DNA of 64,000 nucleotides from NCBI GenBank assembly GCA_963815195.1, contig CAWFGE010000017.1, forward strand, positions 128,001 through 192,000. The letters run 5' to 3'. A program made the translations under genes and the position numbers. Shown here piece after piece: positions 39,451 to 51,066 of the stretch. The DNA is from an uncultured Planctomycetaceae bacterium (GTDB lineage: Bacteria; Planctomycetota; Planctomycetia; Planctomycetales; Planctomycetaceae). The notes beneath the pieces were generated by a model, which worked only from the letters and a program-made list of their open reading frames with translations, had not been told where the DNA came from and searched no databases. The first letter of the stretch is position 1, and each line of letters opens with the position of its first letter.

Positions 39451-42400
39451 ATGTCCCGTTTTCCCCTGTTGTTGGTCTTGGCGATGAGTATTGGATTGAT
39501 GGCCCCCCATGCGGGCAAGGCGGAAGAGATCGGCTACATCGAGCGTTTCGCGCTGGCGGCGGACCGGGCCGAGGCCCTCAAGGAACTCGTTCCGGGGACC
39601 GAGGACTATTACTACTTCCACTGCCTCTCCTATCAAGAGACGGAGCAGTTCGCCAAGGTGCCGGCGATGCTGAAACTCTGGGTCGCCCGGCACGGCGAGA
39701 CAGCCCGCGTGCGGGAAATCGAAAACCGCCAGGCCCTGTTGACCTATCAAAAATCGCCCGAGGAAACGCTCGAGTTCTTGCGAAAGCGGTTGAACCTCAC
39801 GTTCAATCACCAGCGGGAACGCCTCGGCGAAAAACCGAACCTGCCCAACGTGCTCGATCAACAACGCATCTCGCGAAACGCCCTCGCCCAGCGGGCTTAT
39901 CATCCGCAGAACAACCTCTCGGGGTTTGAAGACCGGGCCTTCGATTGGCTCATCAAGGAGAACCTCAACCCCCAACGATTGCGGGCGCTGCTGTCGCGGT
40001 TGAATCGGCCCGATCACGCGAACCTGCCCAAGCTGATCGTCCAGGATCTCAAAGCCCCCTACAGCAGCGGGTTCGGCTCGCTGGGCATTCATCGGCAGTT
40101 GCTTTTGTCCCAGTTGGACGAGTGTTTGAAACTGTATCCCGATCTCAGGAACCAGACGAATTTCGTCAACACCTACCTCGTCAAGCTCCAGCCCAACCCC
40201 GATGTGGATTGGCGAAACAACCCCGACGAGAAAAAAGCCTACCTCGCCCGGTTGTGGGATTATGTAACGACGCTGGACCCGGTGCACAATTCGCTCAAGG
40301 CGCACGTGCTTTACCATCGGCTGGAGTTTGACCGCACCCAGGGCGTGTACGACAAGGACCGCTTTCTCACCTACCTCAAACTGCCCCGCCCGCTGCCTTA
40401 CATGGACCGCGACTATCTGAACCGCGACGAGAACCGCCGGTATCCCGTGAATCTCCAGGCGAATTACACCGGGATCACCTACTGGCCGCCCATCGGCAAT
40501 GATGAGCCGCTCGTCCGCGATTACCTCGCTCACTTCTTCCTGGAGGAAACCACCTGGAAGCCCTATGCGACCTACGTGAACGATCTGTACCTCAAGCATC
40601 TGTTCGCGGAGACCAAGATCGTCAATGGGTTAGGCGATGAGGAGCAATGGGCCTCGCTGTTGCCGCCGGAGTCGTTTCAGGCCCTCAAAGAGCGGATCGA
40701 TCTGGACTTTCTTCCGACCAATAAAAACCGCTTCGCCCCGGACGATGTCGTCAGCCTCGATCTCCACGTGAAGAACGCGAGCACGCTGATCGTGAAGGTC
40801 TTCGAGATCAACACCAAGTCCTACTTCCGCCAGAACCTGAAAGACATCACCACCGACGTCAATCTCGACGGCCTCGTGCCCAATTCGGAACAGACGCTGC
40901 GTTACGCGGAGTCTCCGCTCCGGCGGGTCCGCAGGCATTTTGAGTTCCCCAAGCTCACGGGGCGAGGCGTGTTTGTGATCGACTTCATCGGCAACGGCAA
41001 AAGCAGCCGGGTGCTCGTCCGCAAGGGGCGATTGCATTACCTCGCCCGCACCAGCGTCGCCGGGCAAGTGTTTACTGTCCTTAATGAGAAAAACCAGATC
41101 GTCCCCGATGCGAGCCTCTGGCTCAGCGGGCATGAATACAAAGCCGACGAAGACGGCGAGATCGCGGTGCCGTTTTCCAACCAGCCCGGCCAGCAGCCGA
41201 TCGTGCTGTGCAGCGGGGATTTCTGTTCCTTCGACCGCTTCGGGCAGAAAGCCGAGAGTTACGAACTGCGGGCCGGCTTTTACGTCGATCGCGAAGCGCT
41301 CATTAAACGCCGACTCGCCAAACTCTTGATCCGCCCGCAACTGTTGGTCGACGGCACCATTGCGCCCTTGAAACTCTTGGAGAACGCCCATCTGGAACTC
41401 GTCTCCACCGACCATGCGGGCGTCTCGACCACCAAAGTTTTCAGCGGCGAAGATCTCAAACTCGAGCACGGCGAAGACACCGTGATCGAGTTCCGCGTCC
41501 CCGATCGGCTCGCGAAATTGCAGTTCGCGTTGAAAGCCCAGGTGAAAAACCTCAGCCAGGGCAAAACCCAGGACCTCGCGGCGGGGGATCAGGTTACGCT
41601 CAACCAGATCGACGAGACCGACAAAACGGAACAACTCCTGTTGGCCCGCGTGAACGGCGAATATCTCGTGTCGCTGTTGGGCAAGACCGGCGAAGCGCTG
41701 CCCGAGCGGGCCGTGCAGTTTTCCCTCAAACACAAGGACTTTCGCCAGCCCCTCCCGGTATCGCTGGAAACCGATGTGCGCGGATTCGTGCGGCTCGGAT
41801 CGCTCCCGGGAATCGATCACGTCACCGCGACCAGTCCGGAAAATGTGCAACAGGCCTGGACGTTGATCGAAGACCAGCACACGCACCCGCAGGAACGCAA
41901 CGGCCAGGCGGGGCAGGCGATCGAAATTGCCTTGATGACCGCTCAGCCAAAACCCAGCCGCGATGAGTTGTCGCTGTTGGAACTCCGTGGCGGCACGTTC
42001 TACGCGGATCATTTTGAGAAGCTCTCGCTCGAAAACGGGATTCTCTCCGCCAAGGATCTGCCCCGCGGCGATTACGATTTGCTGCTCAAACCCACCGGCG
42101 AACACGTTCGCTTGAAGCTGACGGAAGGCGAGATTTCGCGGAATTGGGTGCTCGGCGAACATCGGCATCTGGAGATCAAGGACGCCCAACCTTTGCAGAT
42201 CGCCGGCGTCTCGCTCGGCGAGAAGACGCTCGATGTCCAACTGGAAAACGCCGGCAGCCTGGCCCGCGTGCACGTGTTCGCTACGCGGTATCAGCCCGCG
42301 TACTCGGCGTTTGGCGGATTCGCTCGAGTCCGGCCGTCGGAACCGGCGTCGATGATCGCCCCCAATGCCCTCTCATATTATGTCGAAGGCCGAAACATCG

Positions 42401-45400
42401 GCGATGAATACCGCTACATCCTCGAACGCAAATATGCGAAAAAGTTTCCAGGCAATATGCTCAAGCGGCCGGGACTCTTGCTCAATCCCTGGGCCATCCG
42501 CAATACGGAAACCTCGCAGCAGGAAGCCGAGGAAGGCAATTATTTCGCGGGCGGCGGTGAAGGCGGCGGCACCGGCGCGGCAGAAACGCCGGAACCCAAA
42601 GCCCCCCCCGTAAAGGCCCAGGATTTCAGCACCCTCGACTTTCTGGCCGAGACCTCCGCGGTCTTGGTGAATTTGAAGCCCGATGACAAGGGCCTCGTTT
42701 CCATTCCCCGCGAGCAGTTGGGGCCGCATCAGGAAATCCATGTGGTCGCCTTGGATATTGACAGCACCGCGGCCCGGCATGTGTCACTGCCCTCGGCGGA
42801 TCGGCGGTTTTTGGATCTCCGCCTCGCGCGGGGGTTCGATCCCGACAAACATTTCACCCAGCGAAAGCACATCAGCGTTTTGAAGACAGGCGACGAGTTC
42901 ACGCTGTCGGACATCTCCACCGCCAAGTTCGAGAACTACGATAGCCTCGCGAAGGTTTACAGCTTGTACGCCACGCTCTCGGGCGATGCAAACCTCGCGG
43001 AGTTTCGCTTTATCCTGGATTGGCCGACACTAAAGCCGGAAGAGCAGCGCGAGAAATATTCCAAGTACGCCTGCCACGAACTCAACTTCTTCCTGTTGAA
43101 GAAGGACCCCAAGTTCTTCGCGCAAGTCGTCCGGCCGTACTTGGCGAACAAAAAGGACAAAACGTTTCTGGACGAATGGCTGGTTGGGGCGGAGTTGGCT
43201 CCCTATCTCAAATCCTGGGAGTACCATCAGCTCAACGTGGTCGAACGGATTTTGCTGTCACAGCACATTCGCGGCGAGCAGCAATACACGCTCCGGCACG
43301 TTCGCGATGTGAACGCCCTCACGCCGCCGAACCAGGAACGGCTCAACCATTTATTCCTCACGGCCCTCAACACGTCTTCGCTGGAGCAAAACGACGCCAT
43401 CGGTTTTGTAGAAGCCGCCGAACGAGCCAAACTCGACGAGAAGCAAATAAACGGCGCGCTGGGCGGAATGGGCGGCATGGGCTTTGGGAACTTCGGGCGG
43501 CCGGGGGCCAATGACAAGTCCGAATCCGCCGCCGCGACTCCGCCAGCTGCGAAGGAGCCGGAGTCGGCCCCGGCCAAGCCGGGTTCTCCGGCAAACCGGG
43601 CCCGAGACGCCGCCGGCGAAAAGAAAAGCGGAGCCGGGCGCAAGGGAGAGTCTCTCAAACGCCTGCGCGAGGGAGAAGCCGACAGGCTGGCCAAGGACCT
43701 AGGCGCCATGAGGGATCGCCGGCAGGCGGCGAGGCAGTTTTATCGGGTCTTGGAAAAGACGCAGGAATGGGTGGAGAACAACTATTATCATCTGCCCATC
43801 GATCAGCGGAACGCGGACTTAATCACCGCGAACCCCTTCTGGACGGATTACGCCGCGTATAATGGCGACGGGGCGTTTTACTCGGAGCACTTCGCCGAGG
43901 CGTCGCGGAACTTTCCGGAGATGATGTTTGCGCTCGCCGTGCTCGATCTGCCTTTCCAATCGCCCAAGCACGAGACCGAATTCGCCGAGGCGAAGATGCA
44001 GCTCAAAGCCGGCGGGCCGATGATCGTCTTGCACGAGGAAATCGAGCCGGCGAAAGCCGTCCTCGCGAACTCGCCGATTTTGGTCAACGAAAACTTCTTC
44101 CGCCACGATGACCGCTACCGCTACGAGAACGGCGAGCGGCTGGACAAGTTCATCACGAATGAGTTTATTATCCACACCGTTTACGGCTGCCAGGTCGTGG
44201 TGACCAATCCGACGTCCTCCAAACAGAAGCTGGATTTGCTGTTGCAGATTCCGACGGGGGCGGTTCCGGTGCTCTCCGGGCAGGACACGCGGAGCGTGCA
44301 CCTCGAGTTGGAGCCGTTCCACACGAGCACCTTGGAATACGATTTCTATTTCCCCGCCGCCGGGGACTATGCGCATTATCCCGTCCAGGTCTGCGCGGAA
44401 CGAAGAAATCGTCGCCCACGGCAGTCCGCTGACAATGCACGTCGTCAACGAGCCGAGCCAAATCGACCGGCAATCGTGGCCTTACCTCTCGCAGTTCGGC
44501 ACCGACGCCGAGGTCCTCGAATATCTCCGCGACCACAACCTCGAACGCACCGACCTTGCGAAGATCGCCTTCCGCATGAAGGACAAAGCCTTCTTTGAGC
44601 AGGTGATCGATCTCTTGTCCACCCGGCACGCGTATAACGACACGCTCTGGTCCTACGGCATCAAGCACGACGATGTCCTGGCGATCGGGCAGTATCTCAA
44701 GCATGCCGAGAGCTTCATCCAGGAGACGGGGGATTATCTCGACAGCCGGCTGCTCTCGATCGACCCGGTCGCCCGCAGGACTTACGAGTTCCGCGAATAC
44801 CGCCCGCTGGTCAACGCCCGCAGGCATCCGCTGGGCCGGCGGCGGGAGATTTTGAACGACCGGTTCTACGAGCAGTATCACCATTTTCTCAAAGTGCTGT
44901 CTTACCATCGCAGCTTGAACGATGAATACCAAATCGCGGCGGTGTATTACCTGCTCCTCCAAGACCGCGTGGCCGAGGCGATTGCGTTCTTCGATCAGGT
45001 CAATCCCGAAAACCTGCCGACGAAGCTGCAATACGATTACTGCGCGGCTTATATCGCGTTCTACCGCGAGAACCTGGAACTCGCCAAAGACATCGCGGCC
45101 CGGCACAGTCACCATCCGGTGGACCGCTGGCGGAATGCATTTTTGAGCATTTCCAATCAACTGGACGAAATCGCCGGCGGCACGGTGAAGATCGCCGACG
45201 AGGACGACCAGCAACAGCGGCAAACCAAACTGGCCGCGACGGAAAGCACCTTCAACTTCACGTTGGAAGGCACGAACGTGAAGCTGCGGGCGCAGAACCT
45301 GTCCCAGGTGCGGGTGAATTATTACCTGATGGACATCGAACTGCTCTTCAGCCGGAATCCCTTCGTGCAGAAGTTCTCCGGCGAGTTCTCGGCGATCAAG

Positions 45401-45817
45401 CCCAACCAGACGCAGATCGTCAAACTCCCCGAAGGCAAACCCGAGCACACGTTCGAGATCCCCGAAGATTTGCAAAATCAAAACGTGCTGGTCGAAATCG
45501 TCGGGGCGGGCGAGACGCAAACGGAAACCTATTACGCCAACTCGCTCGCGGTGCAGATCATCGAGAACTACGGCCAGCTTCGGGTTCGCCAGGCGAAGAC
45601 GGGCAACGCCGAGGCCAAGGCATACGTCAAAGTCTATGCCCGCATGAAGGACGGCCGGGAGGTGTTCTACAAAGATGGCTACACCGACCTGCGGGGGCTG
45701 TTCGATTATGTTTCGCTGAGCACCGACAAGCTCGATGGCGTGGACCGCTTTGCGATCCTGGTGTTAAGCGAAGACCACGGGGCCGTCGTCCGCGAAACGA
45801 CGCCGCCCAAACGGTAG
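39451..45817 (+). CDS. Giant secreted hypothetical protein (~2120 aa), frameshift near 44390
   Basis: Signal peptide. ORFs 39451 and 44369 join on removing one base (CAG GTC t GCG CGG AAC GAA). Ends YVKVYARMKDG...YKDGYTDLRGLFDY. Confidence 0.85.
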
Positions 45818-45857
45818 CGAAGCCCTCGTCCCGTCCGCTATCTTTCGTGAAGAAAAC

Positions 45858-45940
45858 GTGAGCGGCACGGCGCTAGGCACCGGTTTTGATGACGTGTTAT
45901 TCGCAACGTCAAAACCGGCGGCTAGCGCCGACCGCTCACA
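45858..45940. repeat. REP family C, inverted pair
   Basis: GTGAGCGGCACGGCGCTAG...CCGGTTTTGA / TCAAAACCGGCGGCTAGCGCCGACCGCTCAC. Confidence 0.8.
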
Positions 45941-45974
45941 TTGGAGGACGTTGTGCTTCACGGAGGAATCGCTC

Positions 45975-47393
45975 TTGGCGAAAGACCATTTCGACACATT
46001 CGCCTCGTTCCAAGACCGCCGGGTGACCGTGATGGGCTTGGGGCGGTTCGGCGGCGGGGTTGCGGTCACGCGGTTTTTGATCGAGCGCGGGGCGATGGTG
46101 ACGCTCACCGATCTCGCGAACGAAGCCGCGCTTTCGGCATCGCTCCAAGCGCTCGAACCGTTCCGTCCCGCCCGGCTTGTGTTGGGCCGGCATGAGGAAA
46201 CCGATTTCCAAAACGCCGATCTGATCGTCGTGAATCCCGCGGTCCGGCCGGACAACCCGTTTTTGAAGATCGCCGAAAAAGCCGGGGTGCCGCGGTCGAG
46301 CGAGATGAATCTGTTCTGGCGGTTCCACCGCGGGAAGACCGTGGCGGTCACGGGGAGCAACGGCAAGTCCACGACCGCCGCGATGGTTCACGCCATCCTC
46401 GACAGGACGGGTTTTCGCGCGCGGCTGGGCGGGAACATCGGCCAGAGCCTGTTGAATAAAGTCGAACACATCACGCCTGACGATTGGACCGTTTTGGAAC
46501 TCAGCAGCTTTCAACTCGCGGACTTGGGCCGCATCAAGGCGCGGCCGGATGTGGCCGTCGTCACGAATTTTTCTCCGAATCATCTGGATTGGCACGGGGC
46601 GCTCGCGGAGTACCGGGCCGCCAAGCAGAACGTGCTCCGTTGGCAAACCGCCGAGGATGCCGCCGTTTTGAATGTTGATGATCCCGAAGTTTCCCGCTGG
46701 CCCACCGCGGCAAGGCGGTTGGGTTTTGGAGAACACGATCCCGGCGGCCCCGGCGTGTTTGCGGAATCGAGCACTTCGTCCGTTTGGCGGTGGCGGATGG
46801 ATGGGCGCGAAGCCTCCGTCCCCTTGGGGGATTGGCTGAAGATCCCGGGCCGGCACAATCAAACGAACGCCGCCGCTGCGATCACGGCCGCGCTTTCCGC
46901 CGGGGCGAATCTGGCCGCTGCGGAAGCGGCGCTCCGGGAGTTCCACGGTTTGCCGCACCGCTTGGAGTTGTTGACGGAAACCGCGGGCCGGCGGTTTTAT
47001 AACGACTCGATCGCCACGACGCCCGAATCCGTCGCCGTCGCCTTGGAGGCCTTTTTCGAGCCGATCGTGCTGTTGGCGGGCGGTTCGGACAAGGGCATCG
47101 ATCTCCGCGGGTTGGCGGAGAGCATCGCCCGGCGGGCGAAAGCCGTCGCCTTGATGGGCGAAACGGCATCGCTTCTCCAAAAACATCTGCAAGACCTGGG
47201 ATTCCCTGCATCGGCGATGCGGGTGTGTGCTTCGCTGTCCGAAGCGTTCGCGTGGGCGGGGGCGCAATCGCAACCGGGCGATGTGGTCCTGCTTTCGCCC
47301 GGTTGTGCGAGTTACGACTGGTTCCAAAACTTTGCCGACCGGGGCGAGCAATTCGCCCGGCTCGCGAAATCCTGGAAACCCGCAAAACCCTGA
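45975..47393 (+). CDS. murD: UDP-MurNAc-L-Ala:D-Glu ligase
   Basis: GGAGG SD and TTG start; VTGSNGKSTT, GGNIG, ELSSFQL, NHLDWH, HRLE, NDSIATT, LLSPGCASYDWF. Confidence 0.95.
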   Translation: MAKDHFDTFASFQDRRVTVMGLGRFGGGVAVTRFLIERGAMVTLTDLANEAALSASLQALEPFRPARLVLGRHEETDFQNADLIVVNPAVRPDNPFLKIAEKAGVPRSSEMNLFWRFHRGKTVAVTGSNGKSTTAAMVHAILDRTGFRARLGGNIGQSLLNKVEHITPDDWTVLELSSFQLADLGRIKARPDVAVVTNFSPNHLDWHGALAEYRAAKQNVLRWQTAEDAAVLNVDDPEVSRWPTAARRLGFGEHDPGGPGVFAESSTSSVWRWRMDGREASVPLGDWLKIPGRHNQTNAAAAITAALSAGANLAAAEAALREFHGLPHRLELLTETAGRRFYNDSIATTPESVAVALEAFFEPIVLLAGGSDKGIDLRGLAESIARRAKAVALMGETASLLQKHLQDLGFPASAMRVCASLSEAFAWAGAQSQPGDVVLLSPGCASYDWFQNFADRGEQFARLAKSWKPAKP

Positions 47394-47475
47394 TGTTCCG
47401 GCCCCGAAAACCAGCGGATCGGAGAATCCCCCAACAATCAGCAGTTCAAAACATCAACAAATTCCGATGGATGTA

Positions 47476-47504
47476 TTGACAGCCCGGTTTTCAGGGGTTA
47501 TTTT
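47476..47504 (+). promoter_or_regulatory. sigma70-type promoter for the DUF1501 gene
   Basis: TTGACA-N17-TATTTT. Confidence 0.55.
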
Positions 47505-47574
47505 GAGGGAAGATCGCATACCGAAACTGAACAAACACAACGAAGCCCAATTTCCCTCAGCCAGGAGCGCAGCG

Positions 47575-48879
47575 ATGCTGACATTCAACACCCGCAGACG
47601 GCACCAGGATTGCGATGGACAGACCCGGCGAGACTTTCTGAAAGTCGGGGCCTTGGGCATGGGGGCGTTGGGTCTCCCGGCGTTGATGGCCGCTCGCGCA
47701 CAGGCGGCCCAAACCGGGCAACGGGTGAAGGACACTTCCGTGGTTTGGCTGTGGCTGTCCGGCGGCCCGACCCATGTGGAAACCTTCGATCCCAAAATGA
47801 CCGCACCGGTCGAATTCCGCAGCACCACCGGCGAAGTCAAAACTTCGATTCCGGGAATGACCTTGGGCGGCACGTTCCCCCAAATGGCCCAACTCGCCGA
47901 CCAACTTGCCGTCGTCCGCTCCTTCGCCCACACCAACAGCGGCCACGGCGGCGGCACGCACTTCCTCATGACCGGCTACGACAACCGCAACATCGACAAC
48001 GGCGGCCTGCCCACCCGGCCGTCCCTCGGCTCGATCGCGGCCAAGGTCCGCGGCTCCAATCACCCGGTCACCGGCATGCCGACCTACGTCCGGCTGGGCG
48101 GCATCGGTGCCGACGGCCCGGCCTTTTTGGGGACACCCTATGCCCCGTTCGGCTCCAATCGCGAAGCCAAAGGCAACATGACCCTGCAAACCAGCATCGA
48201 CCGGCTCGACGACCGCCGGGAACTGTTGAGCGGCTTCGACCGCTTCAAACGCCGGGCCGACCAGTCCGGCTTGATGGAAGGCCTCGACGCCTTCGAGCAG
48301 CAGGCGTTCAACCTGGTCCTCGGCAAAGCCCCGGACGCGTTCGATCTGAAGAAGGAAGACCCGAAAATCGTCAAACGGTACGGTTCGCGGTTGGGCGAGC
48401 AGATGCTGATCGCCCGCCGGCTTTGCGAAGCGGGCTGCGGGTTTGTGACGCTCAACTACGGCGGCTGGGACATGCACGGCAACGTCAAACGCAGCATGGA
48501 ACAGCGCGGCCCCGAAGTCGATCACGCCGTCGCCGCGTTTCTGGAAGATGTGAAACAGCGCGGGTTGGATCAAAACATCCTGCTGGTCATCACCGGCGAG
48601 TTCGGCCGGACGCCCAAAATCAACCGCAGCGCCGGCCGCGACCACTGGGCTCCCTTGAGCACGCTGGCTCTCGCGGGCGGCGGACTCAAAATGGGTCAAG
48701 TCGTCGGCGAATCCGACGCCAAGGCCTACCGTCCCGCCAGCAAAGCCATCGGCCCGCAGGACTTGATGGCCACGCTCTTCGATGTCCTGGGCATCGACCG
48801 CAAGCTCCAATTCCGCAACCAGGCCGGCCGCCCGGTGTACATGCTCGAAAACGGCAAACCCATCGCGGAACTCATTTAG
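47575..48879 (+). CDS. DUF1501 family protein (Tat signal)
   Basis: TRRDFLKVG; WLSGGPTHVETFDPK; GWDMH; GEFGRTPKIN...GRDHW. Confidence 0.93.
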   Translation: MLTFNTRRRHQDCDGQTRRDFLKVGALGMGALGLPALMAARAQAAQTGQRVKDTSVVWLWLSGGPTHVETFDPKMTAPVEFRSTTGEVKTSIPGMTLGGTFPQMAQLADQLAVVRSFAHTNSGHGGGTHFLMTGYDNRNIDNGGLPTRPSLGSIAAKVRGSNHPVTGMPTYVRLGGIGADGPAFLGTPYAPFGSNREAKGNMTLQTSIDRLDDRRELLSGFDRFKRRADQSGLMEGLDAFEQQAFNLVLGKAPDAFDLKKEDPKIVKRYGSRLGEQMLIARRLCEAGCGFVTLNYGGWDMHGNVKRSMEQRGPEVDHAVAAFLEDVKQRGLDQNILLVITGEFGRTPKINRSAGRDHWAPLSTLALAGGGLKMGQVVGESDAKAYRPASKAIGPQDLMATLFDVLGIDRKLQFRNQAGRPVYMLENGKPIAELI

Positions 48880-48902
48880 CCCCAGAGCGTTGTTGAATGG
48901 AA

Positions 48903-48989
48903 AGGCGAGCGGGAGGTGTCAGCCTCCCGGTTCCTTTCCACTGGATCAAAACTCCACAAGACCAGGAGGCTTACGCCTCCCGCTCGCCT
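48903..48989. repeat. REP family B, inverted pair
   Basis: AGGCGAGCGGGAGGTGTCAGCCTCC ... GGAGGCTTACGCCTCCCGCTCGCCT; degenerate copy at 57673-57793. Confidence 0.8.
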
Positions 48990-49007
48990 GGATCTGTCAC
49001 ATTCGGC

Positions 49008-49496
49008 CTATTTCTTCCCCAGTGCCCGTTGTTGGGCGAAAAAATCTTGCAGGATCTGCCGGCATTGGTCCTGTAACACCCCGGCGGTGACCAGCACTTG
49101 ATGGTTTAATCGCGGATCGCTGGTGATCTGGTACAGCGAATGGCAGGCCCCGGCTTTGGGGTCCGGCGTGCCGTACACGACGCGCGGAATCCGGGCCTGC
49201 ACCAGGGCTCCCGCGCACATCGGGCACGGTTCGAGCGTGACGTACAGCGTGCAGTCCAACAGCCGCCACGATCCCAACGTTTCCGCCGCCTGGGTGAGGG
49301 CGATCATCTCCGCGTGGGCCGTGGGATCGTTCAGGGTTTCCCGCTGATTGTGGCCTTCGCCCACGATCCGCCCGCCCTCGACGATCACCGCACCCACGGG
49401 AACTTCCCCTTCCTCATACGCCTGCATCGCCTGATCCAGCGCAAACCGCATCCAATGCTCGGCGGGAAGCAATTCAGCATCAAACGGCAAAGTCAT
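49008..49496 (-). CDS. tadA: tRNA adenosine(34) deaminase
   Basis: [33 protein letters not shown]. Confidence 0.95.
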   Translation of the reverse strand: MTLPFDAELLPAEHWMRFALDQAMQAYEEGEVPVGAVIVEGGRIVGEGHNQRETLNDPTAHAEMIALTQAAETLGSWRLLDCTLYVTLEPCPMCAGALVQARIPRVVYGTPDPKAGACHSLYQITSDPRLNHQVLVTAGVLQDQCRQILQDFFAQQRALGKK

Positions 49497-49555
49497 GGTC
49501 GGTCAATCCAAAACCACAGGCGAGCGTGGGGCGTCAGCCCCATAGGTATTTAGTT

Positions 49556-49825
49556 AAGGGGAACTCCTTTTATATACTGGGCTTAGGATTTACAGACCCA
49601 GGTGAAAAGGAGTTCCCCCATGAAGGATCAGGTTACAAAGTTGAGCGGGTATTTGACAATGTTGTTCTCGTCGGTGGCCGATGATCTGGCCCACGATACT
49701 CAGTTTGTAAAAAGAGAACGCGGCTACAGCGGCTCGAAATTTGTCCGCACGCTGGTCTTCGGATGGATTCCGAACGCGATGGCCACCATCGACGATTTTG
49801 CCGAGGATCTGGGAGTGACGGCGGG
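49556..49825 (+). mobile_element. 5' remnant of an IS4-like transposase
   Basis: ATG 49620: ...LAHDTQFVKRERGYSGSKFVRTLVFGW...DLGVT, then interrupted by repeats. Preceded by a GGGGAACTCCTTTT/AAAAGGAGTTCCCC inverted repeat. Confidence 0.55.
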
Positions 49826-50018
49826 GTGGCTGGGGTCAGTTTGTCGCGAGTTGCGGCGGGGTGGCTGGGGTCAGTTTGTCGCGAGTTGCGCTGCATCCAG
49901 AAAGGGCTCAATCGACAAACTGCCCCCAGCGATGTGCGCACCGGCTCACCTGGGGGCAGGCTGCCGATGCGGTCGCTTCTGGATTCCATGCCATTTGCGG
50001 CAGCCGGACCCCCGCCAC
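49822..50018. repeat. GGGTGGCTGGGG-family repeat with a 35-bp tandem duplication
   Basis: GCGGGGTGGCTGGGGTCAGTTTGTCGCGAGTTGCG twice, followed by CAAACTGCCCCCAGC. Confidence 0.7.
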
Positions 50019-50033
50019 GGTCCGAATACAAGA

Positions 50034-50240
50034 TCATCGGAGTACCGATGGATCAAGTTCCTTGGCTCGTTCATAATCCGCGGTGGACTTTTCCAAATCG
50101 CCAAGGTGTTCGTAGCATTTGTGGCGAGCAAAGTGACACCGTGCCCGACTCGTCGGATCCGTCTCGGAATCCATGCGATCTAGTGCTGCGGTGCAGTCGT
50201 CAATGCACAATTCGTAATACCCATTTTTGTAATGGGCCAA
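50034..50240 (-). pseudogene. TPR-repeat fragment
   Basis: YELCIDDCTAAL...YEHLGDLEKSTADYERAKELDP. Confidence 0.5.
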
Positions 50241-50319
50241 TGATCGATTGAGGTAGCATTCGATGGCAGGCAGGAGCTACAGAATGCGAACATGGGGCTG
50301 ACTGAGCAATTTCCAACGC

Positions 50320-50370
50320 AAAAAACTCCCACGGGCAACCGATTTTGAAAATCGGTTGCCCGTGGGAGTT
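50320..50370 (-). terminator. Long perfect inverted repeat, probable terminator of the HTH-REC gene
   Basis: 23-bp arms AACTCCCACGGGCAACCGATTTT-g-AAAATCGGTTGCCCGTGGGAGTT, with an A-run on the left. Confidence 0.75.
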
Positions 50371-50493
50371 AGGTTCCTTTGATTCGCTCGCGTGTCCCCG
50401 GGAGTCGGGGAGGAAACCGGGCTGGGTGCTGGGGTTTCCTGCCGCTCAATCGCCGCCACGGTTGGGGGGTTTGCTTTCCAAACGGGTCCCCAA

Positions 50494-51066
50494 CTAAGCG
50501 AGCTGTTTTTTGCGGCCGACGAGCGTCCGGATCCGTTCGGCGAGCAAGGCTGCGTCGAAAGGTTTGCGGAACGTTTCGTTGAACAACGTGCGGTCGAACC
50601 CGCTGGCGTTGTCGTCGTCGGTCAATAATCCGATCAACACGGTTTCGGTGTATTCCGTGTTTTTCTTCAGGTTTTGGGCAATCATCAGGGCTTCGTTTCG
50701 CCCCATTGCGAAGTCAACGACCACGCAATCCGGATGCAGGCTTTCCGCCTGAATGCCGGCTTCAAACCCGCTGGCAGCCGATTCAATTTTGAAATCGGTT
50801 TCTCCGATCATCTCGCCGAGACTCAAGCGCACCTGGGAGTCGGCACCGACGAGCAAAACTTTGCCCATCACTTCGTCTTCCAACTCGCCAAGCGGCATCC
50901 CATGCTCTTTCAGAAATCGGATCAAATGTTCGCGGGGGATGCGGCGATCCTGGCTACCAGGAATACGGTAACCACGAAGCCGACCCGAATCGAACCATTT
51001 GCTGACAGTGCGGGGTGCAACTTTGCAGATCTTGGCTACTTGTCCAGTAGTGAAGATCGTCCTCAT
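50494..51066 (-). CDS. Excisionase-like HTH (HTH_17) plus atypical receiver-domain regulator
   Basis: MRTIFTTGQVAKICKVAPRTVSKWFDSGRLRGYRIPGSQDRRIP; REC with HPDCVVVD and FRKPF but lacking the N-terminal acidic pair. Confidence 0.9.
   Translation of the reverse strand: MRTIFTTGQVAKICKVAPRTVSKWFDSGRLRGYRIPGSQDRRIPREHLIRFLKEHGMPLGELEDEVMGKVLLVGADSQVRLSLGEMIGETDFKIESAASGFEAGIQAESLHPDCVVVDFAMGRNEALMIAQNLKKNTEYTETVLIGLLTDDDNASGFDRTLFNETFRKPFDAALLAERIRTLVGRKKQLA

Noticed and set aside
45975..47393. murD in a planctomycete as a novelty
   Set aside because: Peptidoglycan and dispersed mur genes are already established for Planctomycetes.
49822..49890. 35-bp direct repeat as a CRISPR repeat
   Set aside because: Two abutting copies with no spacer; part of the GGGTGGCTGGGG repeat family.
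50494..51066. Excisionase-like HTH as a prophage/ICE marker
   Set aside because: It is fused to a receiver domain, and there is no integrase, att site or phage gene nearby.
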